A DNA stretch of 64,000 nucleotides, from the NCBI GenBank assembly GCA_002269645.1, contig NIVC01000108.1:310001-374000 (forward strand), in the 5' to 3' direction. Of this stretch, positions 11,844 through 24,552 are shown piece after piece. How positions within the stretch are numbered: position 1 is the stretch's first letter; each line of letters starts with the position of its first letter. The position numbers and the translations under genes were made by a program. Origin of the DNA: Macrostomum lignano (taxonomy: Eukaryota). The notes under the pieces were generated by a model, which was not told where the DNA came from, ran no database searches, and saw only the letters and a program-made list of their open reading frames with translations.

Positions 11844-14800
11844 TTAGGCAGTTGCCATGGCAACGCGGGCCGCGCCCCGGCCGCCGCTGTTGTTGCCAGT
11901 CCTGACAGTCCGGCTGCCGCCGGCCCCCAAGGCGACTGTCGTCCCGGCGCTTTCGCTGACGATGTCTTCGTCGTCGACGATCTCCTCCTCGTCCAGCGGA
12001 CCGCGCCGCCAGATGGCGATGGCGAGGTCGGGCGCGAGCGCCAGCAGGGGCACCGTGGCCAGCATCAGCCAGGCCGCGGGCTGCCGGTGCAGCTCGAAGA
12101 ACAGCCAGTAGAACGAGTGGTTCTCGTCGAAGATGTTCGTGTACATCGAGTTGTAGAAAGCGGCCTGCGGAGCGCAGATATGGGGAGAAATCATCGAAGT
12201 CAGTCGGAAATCATCAACTCAGCCAGTCAGAAATCATCAACTCAGTCAGTCGGAAATCATCAACTCAGTCAGTCGGAAATCATCAACTCAGCCAGTCGGA
12301 AATCATCAACTCAGCCAGTCGGAAATCATCGACTCAGCCAGTCGGAAATCATCAACTCAGCCAGTGGGAAATCATCAACTCAGCCAGTGGGAAATCATCA
12401 ACTCAGCCAGTCGGAAATCATCAACTCAGCCAGTCGGAAATCATCGACTCAGCCAGTCGGAAATCATCAACTCAGCCAGTGGGAAATCATCAACTCAGCC
12501 AGTGGGAAATCATCAACTCAGCCAGTGGGAAATCATCAACTCAGCCAGTCGGAAATCATCAACTCAGCCAGTGGGAAGTCACCCGGACGCACCAGCAGCG
12601 GGTAGCAGAGCACGGACAGCAGGAAGCTGAACACAACGATGGTGTGGAAGAACCGGGAGCACATGATCAGCTTGGTGTGGACGACAATGAGGAGACACTC
12701 GACCACCAGGGTGCCCAGCGCGCTCAGGCCGAAGCCGGAGATGCCCGGCCTGCCGATGTCGTCGTTGAGCCAGAAGACGGCCGCGTTGCCGTAGAAGCAG
12801 ACGCCGCTGTGCCAGAAGGCGGCGAGCATCCAGGCGAAGAAGCGGCGCCAGGACAGCGGCTCCACAGCCTTGCCGACCGCGTACAGGCGGGGCTCGCGGT
12901 ACAGGCGGGAGCGGGGCAGGTGCTGCTCGAACACGCCGTACACCAGGATGGGCATGGCCGTCAGGAAGGCGTTGTACGCGGCCAGAAAGAAAGAGTCGTA
13001 CAGACTGATGAGGTTGAAGCCGTTGTGCAGGGCGTAGAAAAACTGCGGCAGGGTGAAGGCCACATTCTTGTAGAAGAAGTACTGCACCAGCATGCTGAGC
13101 CTGTAGTAGAACAAGTGGCCGTGGAACAGCAGCAGCTTGCGGAGGTAGCGGAACCTGCGGGTGATTCACAGCTTCCGGTTGGAGTGGCTGCTGCAGTGAT
13201 ACCGGAAGTTACAGAAGGGAAGCTACAGGCCGAAAGCTATCGGAAGAAAGACCGGAAACTATCTACTGGAAGCTACAGACTGGAAGCTACAGAACGGAAG
13301 CTACAGACCAGAAACTACATACTGGAAGCTACAGGCTGAAAGATACAGACCGGAAGCTACAGACTGGAAACTACTGACCAGAGGCTACAGACCAGAGGCT
13401 ACAGACCGGAAGCTATAGACCGGAAGCTACAGACCGGAAGCTACAGACCAGAGGCTACAGACCGGAAGCTACAGACCAGAGGCTACAGACCAGAGGCTAC
13501 AGACCAGAGGCTACAGACCAGAGGCTACAGACCGGAAGCTACAGACAGGAAATGAAACGAGAAGCGAAAACGTTATAAATAACAACCAACTAAAAACTGC
13601 CATCAGAAACTACAAAATAAAACGACGAATCTGAACCTGTAAAACCGGAAACTACCAACCGGAAAAAACAAAACGAACTGAAGCTCCAATCTCACCTCCC
13701 CATGCAGTAGTCCGAATTAAGCGCGGCCGCTCGGCCCTCCTTGCCGTAGAGCCCGACACCCACGTGAGCCTCCTTGATCATGCTGACGTCGTTGGCGCCA
13801 TCGCCGATGGCGCAGGTGATCAGCGGCCACCTGCCGGAGTCATCGGCGGCGAGTTTGACGGCGGCCACGGTGCGCGACTTCTGGAGCGGCGTGCAGCGGC
13901 AGCAGAGAACGGCCGGGCTCTCGTCAGCCAGCCGCAGGAAGCGCCTACAGAGGTCACGGTCGTTGTCCCAGTCCGTCAGCATCTGCAGCGAGTCGCCCTC
14001 GACCACAATGCAGTAGTCGGCAACGCCGGGCCCGGAGCTCGCGGCGGCCGCCTCGGCGATGGTCAAGGCGGAGTCCACCGCCTCCCGGGTGCGGCAGCCG
14101 ACAATGCGAAGGCGGCGCATTCCGAGAGTCACGTGACCGGCAGCCAGGCTGATGTTCTCGGCAGTTTCCACCTGTGAAATAGGTTGGAGTGCGGCTTCTG
14201 GCTGGCAGCCAATCAGAATTCGAGTTCAGTAGCGGAGTGAGGTGGATGAAGTCAGCTGGCAGCCAATCAGAATTCGAGGTCAGTAGCGGAGTGAGGTGGA
14301 TGAAGTTAGCTGGCAGCCAATCAGCAATCGAGGTCAGTAGCGGAGTGAGGTGGATGAAGTTAGCTGGCAAGCCAATTAGCAATCGAGGTCAGTAATGGAG
14401 TGAGGTGGGTAAAGTTAGCTGGCAGCCAATCAGCAATCGAGGTCAGTAATGGAGTGAGGTGGGTGAAGTTAGGTGACAGGCAATCAGATATTTAAGGCAA
14501 CAGCTAGGGGGCAGGGGTCGCACCTTGTCACCCGTGAGGATCCAGACCCGGATGCCGGCCCGCCGGAGGTCGCTGATGCACTCCGGCACGCCGGCCTGCA
14601 GTTGGTCCTCCACAGCCGTGCAGCCCAGCAGCTGCAGGTCTTTCTCGACCGAGTCCGCGGCCTTCGTCAGCTTGGCCTCCCGATCGGCGAGGCTGGCCGA
14701 GGCCGCCTGCAGTTGCGCAGCGATTTGGTTGGCGTCCACCTGCGTCAGCCTCTTCCTGCCCACGACCAGCACGCGGAGGCCCTCCGCGCAGAAGTCGGCG

Positions 14801-17027
14801 ACGTGCTTGACGGTGACTTCCGTGCTGCCGCTGATGCATCGGGGCAGCATGGCGGTGTCGGCGCCCTTAGTGATGAGCCAGAGGACGCCCATGGGGTCGG
14901 AGACCACAACCGACATCCGCCTGCGGTCTGAGTCGAACTCGAGCACGTGCAGCAGCTGAGGTGGGCGGGGATTAAAATTTCTGAGGTTCCCAGAAATTCT
15001 TTGCCCCTCCTAGCAACTAGCAACCAATGTCTTTACCAGAGCAACTATACTATCCCAGCAGCCAATGCATTCTAGCTAGCAACAAATCTTTAATCGCCTA
15101 GCAACCAATTTGCTCATCTAGCAACTAGACATTATGCCTTTGCCTAGGAACCAAATCCTTTCGTCTAGCACCCAAATCCTTTCGCCTAGTAACCAAATCA
15201 TTTTGTCTAACAATCAAATTCTTTTCTTAATAACAACCATAAACTTCGACTAGCAACCAGATCTTTTTTGCCTAGCAACCAAATCCTTTTGCCTAGCAAC
15301 CAAACCGTTTCACCTAACAACTAAATAATTCTGCATAGCAACTAAACCCTTTAATCTAGCAACCAAATCCTTTCGCCTAGCAACCAAATCATTTCGCCTA
15401 GCAACCAAATCATTTCGCCTAGCAACAAAATTCTGATCACCTGGTAGTCCAGGCTGCGACCTCCGACCCCAACCGTCAGCTGGTTGCCCGTCCTGCCGCG
15501 GAAGGTGACGCCCAGCTTCCGGCAGCCGTCCAGCAGCGCCTTCTCGTCCGGTGAGCTGGCGTGGTAAACCAGGCGGCCGCTGTTGCCCGACCGCTCGGCC
15601 CGGGCCGTGTGGCAGAGGGCCAGGTGGGTGAGGAACTCCTGCTGCGCCGGCCCCAGCTGCTGCTTGCTGTTGTGGCTGGCCAGCAGGGAGCTGCCCTTCA
15701 GCGAGTACTTCACGCCGTTGATGGAGCAGCCGCGGAAGGTCATGATGTTCTCCGTGAGGGTGCCAGTCTTGTCGCAGAACAGGTGGTCAACGACGCCGAG
15801 CTCCTCAATGATTTCGGACGTGTTGGCCTTCGCCCAGTTGCTCGGGTCGTCGTCCGACATCCGGTGGAACATCTCGAGGTCGTGATCGATGAACATGGAG
15901 CAGAAGAACTTCTGCACCTCGATGGTGACCAGCATGGAGATGGGGATGATGTAGTGCATGATAATGAGCGCGTTCAGCGTCTCCTGGAAGTTCGGGCGCT
16001 TGAGCTGCTCGCCGGGCAGGAACCAGGCCTTGCTGATGGCGTCGGAGCGGGCAATGAGCAGGTTGCCCGCCACCAGCACGCAGGTGAGCAGCAGCAGCAG
16101 GCCGATCAGCACCAGCATGAAGCTGTTGAGTCTGGTGTCCACCACCGATCGCTTGGCCCGCGACCCCCTGGAGTTAAGGCCAACCTTCGTCTCCGAGCCG
16201 GTGTACAGCGCCAGGCCGTAGGCGAAGTTGGTGTTGCGGAGCACCGCGCCGCGCAGCAGGACATTGCTGGCATTCAGTGGGATGGAGGAGTGCGCCTGCG
16301 GCTTCACCAGCTGCAGCACGCCAGCGAAGCTGTAGAGGTCGGGCTTGGGCTGCTCGCAAACCACCTTGCCCAGCAGTTCGGAGCACAGCAGCCCCGCGTT
16401 CCGCAGTGACTTGGTGGCCTCGACGGCCCAGAAGGTCTTCAAGTTGGTCTCGCCGTCCAGATTGGCGGTGGTGACGAGGCACTCGCCGGAGTGCTGCGAG
16501 CTGGACAGCAGCAGCAGGTCACACGGGAAGCACTCGTTGCGGAACACCTTCACCAGGTCGCCCACGCGCAGCTGCTCGGAGCTGACCAGCTGGCTCTCGC
16601 CGTCCCGCACCACCCAAACGAGGGTCTTGTTGACTTTCCTGTCCTCCAGGTGGCGCAGCAGGTCCTCGTAGCCCTGCTTCACCATGGTGACCAGGATGAC
16701 GAAGGCCAGGGGCAGGATGGAGGCCATCTCGCTGACGGGCGTGTCAGTGGACAGCTGGATGATGCAGGCCACCAGGAAATAAAGGTTGGGCAGCCGGCTG
16801 ATCTGCTCCAGCAGGTTCAGCGGCAGGAAAGTGATGATGTTGTAGCGCGCGGTGGACACGGAGTTGTTGGGGTACTTCTCCGACTGGCCGATGCTTGGCT
16901 TGCCGTCCGGACCGGGCAGCTCGAAGTTGAGGTGGTTGATGTACACCGTGCGGAGCTCCGGGCGCGGCGACTCGCACAGCAGCTTTGGCTTAACCAGCTG
17001 CCACAGGGTCTCCAGGGGGCTCGCCAT
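11844..17027 (-). CDS. ATP11: P4-ATPase phospholipid flippase, ATP11 subfamily (5 exons, ~1125 aa)
   Basis: Exons 17027-15441, 14955-14524, 14171-13696, 13154-12593 and 12164-11844, all GT-AG and phase-consistent. Motifs DGETNLK, IIPISMLVTIEVQKF, phosphorylation site DKTGTLT, LTGDK|VETA (split by intron 2), GDGANDVSMI. Which ATP11 paralog (A/B/C) cannot be assigned. Confidence 0.93.
12190..12578. repeat. 23-bp minisatellite in ATP11 intron 4 (AAATCATCAACTCAGCCAGTCGG)
   Basis: Fills nearly the whole intron. Confidence 0.95.
13250..13550. repeat. 14-bp minisatellite in ATP11 intron 3 (CCGGAAGCTACAGA)
   Basis: Direct reading. Confidence 0.9.
14205..14470. repeat. ~58-60-bp tandem repeat in ATP11 intron 2
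   Basis: GCTGGCAGCCAATCAG...GAGGTCAGTAGCGGAGTGAGGTGGATGAAGTTA, about 4.5 copies. Confidence 0.9.
15010..15427. repeat. Degenerate ~21-bp repeat (CCTAGCAACCAAATC...) in ATP11 intron 1
   Basis: About 10 recognisable CTAGCAAC cores. Confidence 0.8.
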
Positions 17028-17511
17028 CGACAGTGACTGCGGTATGCGCTACAATGGTAGTCCTTGGCCGATTGGCTGCTAAGAATATGGATAAATGCTC
17101 AAATCAGTTGCTGCCACCTAGCTAGCTCTCAGCGGCGAAGGCAGCGACTGAACTAAGACACTTTTAGCCATAGACATGCCGAAGCATGGCAAGCAAGTCG
17201 AAAAAACTTCACTTGGGAATGCGTATGCTCAAGGGGAGATAAGAGTAATTTATACGAGTATAGCCAGCTTTATTGCATCACGTGGATCATTCAGCCACGC
17301 GACAAATGCACTCTGTAGGTATTGCCGACCCCGAGCATACACACACACAGTGTACAGCGGCCCGGACTTCCTCATATCCTCGTTACATGTACATACCCTG
17401 TGCCAGGTTCAAATCAGTTCGAAATACTGCTTAGAAGAATTCACAGTCCGTGCGATCCAAGTAATTAAATTCCTGTTTGTCGTGACTACCACGTTTGTCC
17501 TTTTGTCGCTC

Positions 17512-18548
17512 GTCAGTTCCGCTCAGCATCATATTGGCCCACCAGTTCCGCTCAGCATCATATTGGCCCACCAGTTCCGCTCAGCATCATATTGGCCCAC
17601 CAGTTCCGCTCAGCATCATATTGGCCCATCAGTTCCGCTCAGCATCATATTGGCCCATCAGTTCCGCTCAGCATCATATTGCTCCATCAGTTCCGCTCAG
17701 CATCAAATTGGCCCACCAGTTCCGCTCAGCATCATATTGGCCCACCAGTTCCGCTCAGCATCATATTGGCCCACCAGTTCCGCTCAGCATCATATTGGCC
17801 CACCAGTTCCGCTCAGCATCATATTGGCCCACCAGTTCCGCTCAGCATCATATTGGCCCACCAGTTCCGCTCAGCATCATATTGCTCCATCAGTTCCGCT
17901 CAGCATCATATTGGCCCACCAGTTCCGCTCAGCATCATATTGGCCCACCAGTTCCGCTCAGCATCATATTGCTCCATCAGTTCCGCTCAGCATCATATTG
18001 GCCCACCAGTTCCGCTCAGCATCATATTGGCCCACCAGTTCCGCTCAGCATCATATTGGACCACCAGTTCCGCTCAGCATCATATTGCCCCACCAGTTCC
18101 GCTCAGCATCATATTGGCCCACCAGTTCCGCTCAGCATCATATTGCTCCATCAGTTCCGCTCAGCATCATATTGGCCCACCAGTTCCGCTCAGCATCATA
18201 TTGCTCCATCAGTTCCGCTCAGCATCATTTTGCTCCATCAGTTCCGCTCAGCATCATTTTGCTCCATCAGTTCCGCTCAGCATCATATTGGCCCACCAGT
18301 TCCGCTCAGCATCATATTGGCCCACCAGTTCCGCTCAGCATCATAATTGCTCCACCAGTTCCGCTCAGCATCATAATTGCCCCACCAGTTCCGCTCAGCA
18401 TCATATTGGCCCACCAGTTCCGCTCAGCATCATAATTGCCCCATCAGTTCCGCTCAGCATCATAATTGCCCCACCAGTTCCGCTTAGCATCATATTGGCC
18501 CACCAGTTCCGCTCAGCATCATAATTGCCCCATCAGTTCCGCTCAGCA
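17512..18548. repeat. 29-bp minisatellite (CAGTTCCGCTCAGCATCATATTGGCCCAC)
   Basis: About 36 copies. Confidence 0.97.
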
Positions 18549-19109
18549 TCACACTGAAGCAAGAGAACCAGCGGCAATCTTTCTGTAAAAGCAACCAAAA
18601 ATCCAAAGATGTAACCATGATTTTTTCATAGTGAATTGCAAAAAAGCAGTTCGCGCGTGAAAAAGTAGGCATCAATTTTATTTAGTGAAGCTGTTCAAGT
18701 AAAGCCAGTGCAGGAGCCTCTCGGCCCGGTAAAAAAGGTATTTAGAAAAGGCAACCCAGTTGAGCAATTAAGGCGTGAATTCAGTTTTGACAACAGAAAA
18801 AATAGAAACATCCGCAGACTTCATCAGCAAAAGAGATAGAAAAAGTAAGGCAGTAAAGCGGAGATACTTGGTCGGGACAGGCGGAAGATTAAATTTTTCT
18901 GTGAAATCTGTGAAAGCGCAGTTCTTTTAGAAGCAGAGCAGAAAATGAGAATTTAAATTTATCAAGCAGAATCTGAAGAAGTCGCAAAGCCACAGCAATC
19001 AGGTCTCAGCAGAGAAAACAAATAAAAAACCCAGTTCGCACTCAGCAACTGTCTCTGGCCGAAACCGGCAAGCCAGGTGGCGCGCAGCTCCTCGGCGGGC
19101 CAGGCAGAT

Positions 19110-20438
19110 TCACCACTGCTGGGCAAAGTTCACCGACTGGAGATGCGGGACAGAAAATCACCATGGAGATGCCGCCCTGCTCTGCCATGCTTACACTGCT
19201 CTCCTGTCTCCCTCTCCCCTTTCCCTGCCTGGGTTTTTTGTGTCATAGGCATGCCATGACATGTCGAAATTGAAAATGGCATAACGGTTTTTTGCCATTA
19301 TGCCATTGCCAAATTGCCAATGCTGAATCCCCAACTCCAAATTTCAGTTTTGCTTTCGAAATCGAAAATGGCATAACGATTTTGACGAAAAAAATCCAGC
19401 TCCCCGGTCTTCCTCTCCCCTCTCTCCCTCTCCCTCTCTCCTGTCTCCCTCTCCCCTCTCTCCTGTCTCCCTCTCCCCTCTCTCCTGTCTCCCTCTCCCC
19501 TCTCTCCTGTCTCCCTCTCCCTCTCTCCTGTCTCCCTCTCCCCTCTCTCCTGTCTCCCTCTCCCTCTCTCCTGTCTCCCTCTCCCCTCTCTCCTGTCTCC
19601 CTCTCTCCAGTCTCCCTCTCCCTCTCTCCTGTCTCCCTCTCCCTCTCTCCTGTCTCCCTCTCCCTCTTTCCTGTCTCCCTCTCTCCAGTCTCCCTCTCCC
19701 TCTCTCCTGTCTCCCTCTCCCCTCTCTCCCTCTCCCTCTCTCCTGTCTCCCTCTCCCCTCTCTCCTGTCTCCCTCTCCCTCTCTCCTGTCTCCCTCTCCC
19801 CTCTCTCCTGTCTCCCTCTCCCTCTTTCCTGTCTCCCTCTCTCCTGTCTCCCTCTCTCCTGTCTCCCTCTCTCCTGTCTTCCTTTCCCCTCTCCCTTGTC
19901 TCCCCTCTCTCACCTGTCTCCCTCTCCCCTCTCTCCCCTATCTTCCTCTGCCGTGTCCCTCTCCTCTCTCTCCCCTGTCTCCCTCTTCCCCTTCTCCCCC
20001 GCACTCACTGAGAAGCGGTTCGGCAGCTTAGCCGAGTACCTCTCGTCCAGCTGCTGCTGGTAGCGGGCGCTCCTGCGCTGCCTGCGGAGCGAAGCGCAGA
20101 TTATATATATAATTAAAATAACTTCAATTATTGATTTTTACCTTGAAAGTTGCTAACTGCACTACTCAGTCTCTGGTAAGTAGTAAGCCGAGAATATTCA
20201 TTCAAACTCACCGTTCATCGTTACTGAGCCCAGTATAGGTGGCGCGCCAGACTCTGGTTGGAGAAATTTGTTAAGGGAAGACAAATTTTAGTGGAGACAG
20301 TAAATTTTGACAGGGAGTGGGACTCCTGGGACAGTGAGCGCTCACCCGTCATCGCAGGCTGGCACAGAGGCCGCATGCGGACGGTCAGAAGCCGCGGTGG
20401 CAGGCTTCTGGCTATTGCCGCAATCGGAGCTCGGAGCT

Positions 20439-20470
<32 letters not shown>

Positions 20471-20764
20471 AGGGCCCTGCAGACAATAAGATAAAGACAA
20501 TGCGCTTAGCTAAAGTGCAACACGCAGCTAAGGACGGATGCAGAGCAGAGACTGCTCAGAACACGCCATGCCTTGCAGTCAATCAGGAGGCAGATGGGGA
20601 ACTCATTTTGCTCATTAAAAACTTAAAAAAAACTTTTTTCATCAATCATATTCCTTTCTTAATCCCTATAATTGCCTCACCCGCTTCTGCAGCTGCTCGA
20701 ACGCCTTCTTGGCAAAGTGTCGCTCGCGTCGCCCGGCCTCCCAGTGGTCCTGATTGGCGTACAT
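19110..20764 (-). CDS. Unidentified small 5-exon protein (~118 aa; may have more 5' exons)
   Basis: Exons 20764-20681, 20476-20346, 20253-20212, 20081-20009 and 19136-19110 have consensus GTGAG donors, CAG acceptors and matching phases (0,2,2,0). Product: MYANQDHWEAGRRERHFAKKAFEQLQKR-GPAAAA...DDG-VWRATYTGLSNDER-QRRSARYQQQLDERYSAKLPNRFS-SVNFAQQW*. Confidence 0.55.
19410..20000. repeat. CT-rich low-complexity repeat (CTCTCCTGTCTCC) in an intron
   Basis: Direct reading. Confidence 0.95.
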
Positions 20765-20816
20765 GGCTGTGCGGCTGCAACTGGGGCGGGTGGCACCTGC
20801 TGCGCTGCAGCTGAGA

Positions 20817-22752
20817 ATTGCTAATCCAGCCTATCATGGATTGCTAATCCAGCCTATCATGGATTGCTAATCCAGCCTATCATGGATTGCTAATCCAGCC
20901 TATCATGGATTGCTAATCCAGCCTATCATGGATTGCTAATCCAGCCTATCATGGATTGCTAATCCAGCCTATCATGGATTGCTAATCCAGCCTATCATGG
21001 ATTGCTAATCTAGCCTATCATGGGTGCAGGAATAGAATGGATTGCTAATCTAGCCTATCATGGATGCAGGAATAGAATGGATTGCTAATCTAGCCTATCA
21101 TGGGTGCAGGAATAGAATGGATTGCTAATCTAGCCTATCATGGGTGCAGGAATAGAATGGATTGCTAATCTAGCCTATCATGGATGCAGGAATAGAATGG
21201 ATTGCTAATCTAGCCTATCATGGGTGCAGGAATAGAATGGATTGCTAATCTAGCCTATCATGGATGCAGGATTAGAATGGATTGCTAATCTAGCCTATCA
21301 TGGGTGCAGGAATAGAATGGGTTGCTAATCTAGCCTATCATGGATGCAGGAATAGAATGGATTGCTAATCTAGCCTATCATGGGTGCAGGAATAGAATGG
21401 GTTGCTAATCCAGCCTATCATGGATGCAGGAATAGAATGGATTGCTAATCTAGCCTATCATGGATGCAGGAATAGAATGGATTGCTAATCTAGCCTATCA
21501 TGGGTGCAGGAATAGAATGGATTGCTAATCTAGCCTATCATGGGTGCAGGAATAGAATGGATTGCTAATCTAGCCTATCATGGATGCAGGAATAGAATGG
21601 ATTGCTAATCTAGCCTATCATGGGTGCAGGAATAGAATGGATTGCTAATCTAGCCTATCATAGGTGCAGGAATAGAATGGGTTGCTAATCTAGCCTATCA
21701 TGGATGCAGGAATAGAATGGATTGCTAATCTAGCCTATCATGGGTGCAGGAATAGAATGGATTGCTAATCTAGCCTATCATGGGTGCAGGAATAGAATGG
21801 ATTGCTAATCTAGCCTATCATGGGTGCAGGAATAGAATGGATTGCTAATCTAGCCTATCATGAGTGCAGGAATAGAATGGATTGCTAATCTAGCCTATCA
21901 TGGATGCAGGAATAGAATGGATTGCTAATCTAGCCTATCATGGGTGCAGGAATAGAATGGATTGCTAATCTAGCCTATCATGGGTGCAGGAATAGAATGG
22001 ATTGCTAATCTAGCCTATCATGGATGCAGGAATAGAATGGATTGCTAATCTAGCCTATCATGGATGCAGGAATAGAATGGATTGCTAATCTAGCCTATCA
22101 TGGATGCAGGAATAGAATGGGTTGCTAATCTAGCCTATCATGGGTGCAGGAATAGAATGGATTGCTAATCTAGCCTATCATGGATGCAGGAATAGAATGG
22201 ATTGCTAATCTAGCCTATCATGGGTGCAGGAATAGAATGGATTGCTAATCTAGCCTATCATGGATGCAGGAATAGAATGGATTGCTAATCTAGCCTATCA
22301 TGGGTGCAGGAATAGAATGGATTGCTAATCTAGCCTATCATGGGTGCAGGAATAGAATGGATTGCTAATCTAGCCTATCATGGATGCAGGAATAGAATGG
22401 ATTGCTAATCTAGCCTATCATGGATGCAGGAATAGAATGGATTGCTAATCTAGCCTATCATGGATGCAGGAATAGAATGGGTTGCTAATCTAGCCTATCA
22501 TGGGTGCAGGAATAGAATGGATTGCTAATCTAGCCTATCATGGATGCAGGAATAGAATGGATTGCTAATCTAGCCTATCATGGGTGCAGGAATAGAATGG
22601 ATTGCTAATCTAGCCTATCATGGATGCAGGAATAGAATGGATTGCTAATCTAGCCTATCATGGGTGCAGGAATAGAATGGATTGCTAATCTAGCCTATCA
22701 TGGGTGCAGGAATAGAATGGATTGCTAATCCAGCCTATCATGGATGCAGGAA
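20817..22752. repeat. 40-bp minisatellite (ATTGCTAATCTAGCCTATCATGGATGCAGGAATAGAATGG) with a 23-bp truncated variant at the left end
   Basis: About 43 40-mers preceded by about 8 23-mers. Confidence 0.97.
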
Positions 22753-23434
22753 TAAAATTGATCTAGGCTATATGGCCGGGCTGCGGGGCTGTAGACACTG
22801 CGAGGCTGAAGGTTTAAAGTCGAAAAGACGCACTGAAGAGCAGAGCAGGTGAGAAACAGAATAAAGTGTTTAATTTTTGCTGACAGCAGGGCGCCAATAA
22901 ACTGCAGAAAAGTGACAGAGATGGCCGAAGCCAGGCTTCCGCTGGAGAAAACTGAGGCGGGATAGGCAGTTTTTGTTTTCAATTTCACATAATAAAAAAT
23001 GGGGAAAAATTGGGGGCAGAAAAACTGTGCAAATGCAACGAGATGTAGAAAAAATGTGCCATAAACTTGTAGGCCGCTAGGAGTGCCCGCCTGAGGCAAA
23101 ATATAAACTATAGATATTAATACTAGGCAAAGCTGATAGAAAAAGGCTAACGTATGAAAAAACAAGCATAGAATATAAACAGAGCCTTAAAAAACTTGGC
23201 AAAAACATGGCGAACTGAAGTAAACTTGAATAAATAAATAAATAAATAAATAGGAAAAAAGCAGCACTTGCTCTCGGCCCTCTTAACAGCTTTAATTTGA
23301 AGCAGCCATCACCGCCCAGGCAGCGAGAAAAACTACAGAAACAAACGGGACAGTAAAATTGAAGAAGCGGCTGCAGATGGGACTCCCTGTGTCTGCTGAG
23401 CCTCTGGCTGCTGCACAGCTACAGCTAAGCTTTC

Positions 23435-24445
23435 AGGGGCAGGGGTGACAGGCGGGAGTGAGAGCCGGAGTGACAGGCGGGAGTGAGGCCGGAGTGACAG
23501 GCGGGAGTGAGAGGCGGGAGTGAGGCCGGAGTGACAGGCGGGAGTGAGAGGCGGGAGTGACAGGCGGGAGTGAGAGGCGGGAGTGACAGGCGGGAGTGAG
23601 AGGCGGGAGTGAGAGGCCGGAGTGACAGGCGGGAGTGAGAGGCCGGAGTGACAGGCGGGAGTGAGAGGCGGGAGTGAGAGGCGGGAGTGAGGCGTGAGTG
23701 AGAGGCGGGAGTGAGGCGGGAGTGAGAGGCGTGAGTGAGAGGCGGGAGTGAGAGGCGGGAGTGAGGCGTGAGTGAGAGGCGGGAGTGAGAGGCGGGAGTG
23801 AGAGGCGGGAGTGAGAGGCCGGAGTGACAGGCGGGAGTGAGAGGCCGGAGTGACAGGCGGGAGTGAGAGGCGGGAGTGAGAGGCGGGAGTGAGAGGCGGG
23901 AGCGAGGCGGGAGTGAGAGGCGGGAGTGAGAGGCGGGAGTGAGAGGCGGGATTGAGAGGCGGGATTGAGAGGCGGGAGTGAGGCGGGAGTGAGAGGCGGG
24001 AGTGAGAGGCGGGATTGAGAGGCGGGATTGAGAGGCGGGAGTGAGAGGCGGGAGTGAGGCGGGAGTGAGAGGCGGGAGTGAGAGGCGGGAGTGAGAGGCG
24101 GGAGTGAGGCGTGAGTGAGAGGCGGGAGTGAGGCCGGAGTGACAGGCGGGAGTGAGAGGCGGGAGTGAGGCCGGAGTGACAGGCGGGAGTGAGAGGCGGG
24201 AGTGACAGGCGGGAGTGAGAGGCGGGAGTGACAGGCGGGAGTGAGAGGCGGGAGTGAGAGGCCGGAGTGACAGGCGGGAGTGAGAGGCCGGAGTGACAGG
24301 CGGGAGTGAGAGGCGGGAGTGAGAGGCGGGAGTGAGAGGCGGGAGTGAGAGGCGGGAGTGAGGCGGGAGTGAGAGGCGGGAGTGAGAGGCGGGAGTGAGG
24401 CGGGAGTGAGAGGCGGGAGTGAGAGGCGGGAGTGAGAGGCGGGAT
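23435..24445. repeat. 13-15-bp G-rich minisatellite (GAGGCGGGAGTGA)
   Basis: Direct reading. Confidence 0.96.
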
Positions 24446-24552
24446 GAGCTAGAGTGTTTAGAATGGCCCAAGCAAGTCGTGACCGCAGATCCAACAAGCG
24501 ACAGCAGGACGGCGGCGCCAAAGGCCAGGGAATCCGCAACTACCAAAAGCCT

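Noticed and set aside
7269-16977. Antisense and alternate-frame ORFs over PHGDH and ATP11
   Set aside because: Shadow ORFs caused by high-GC3 codon usage.
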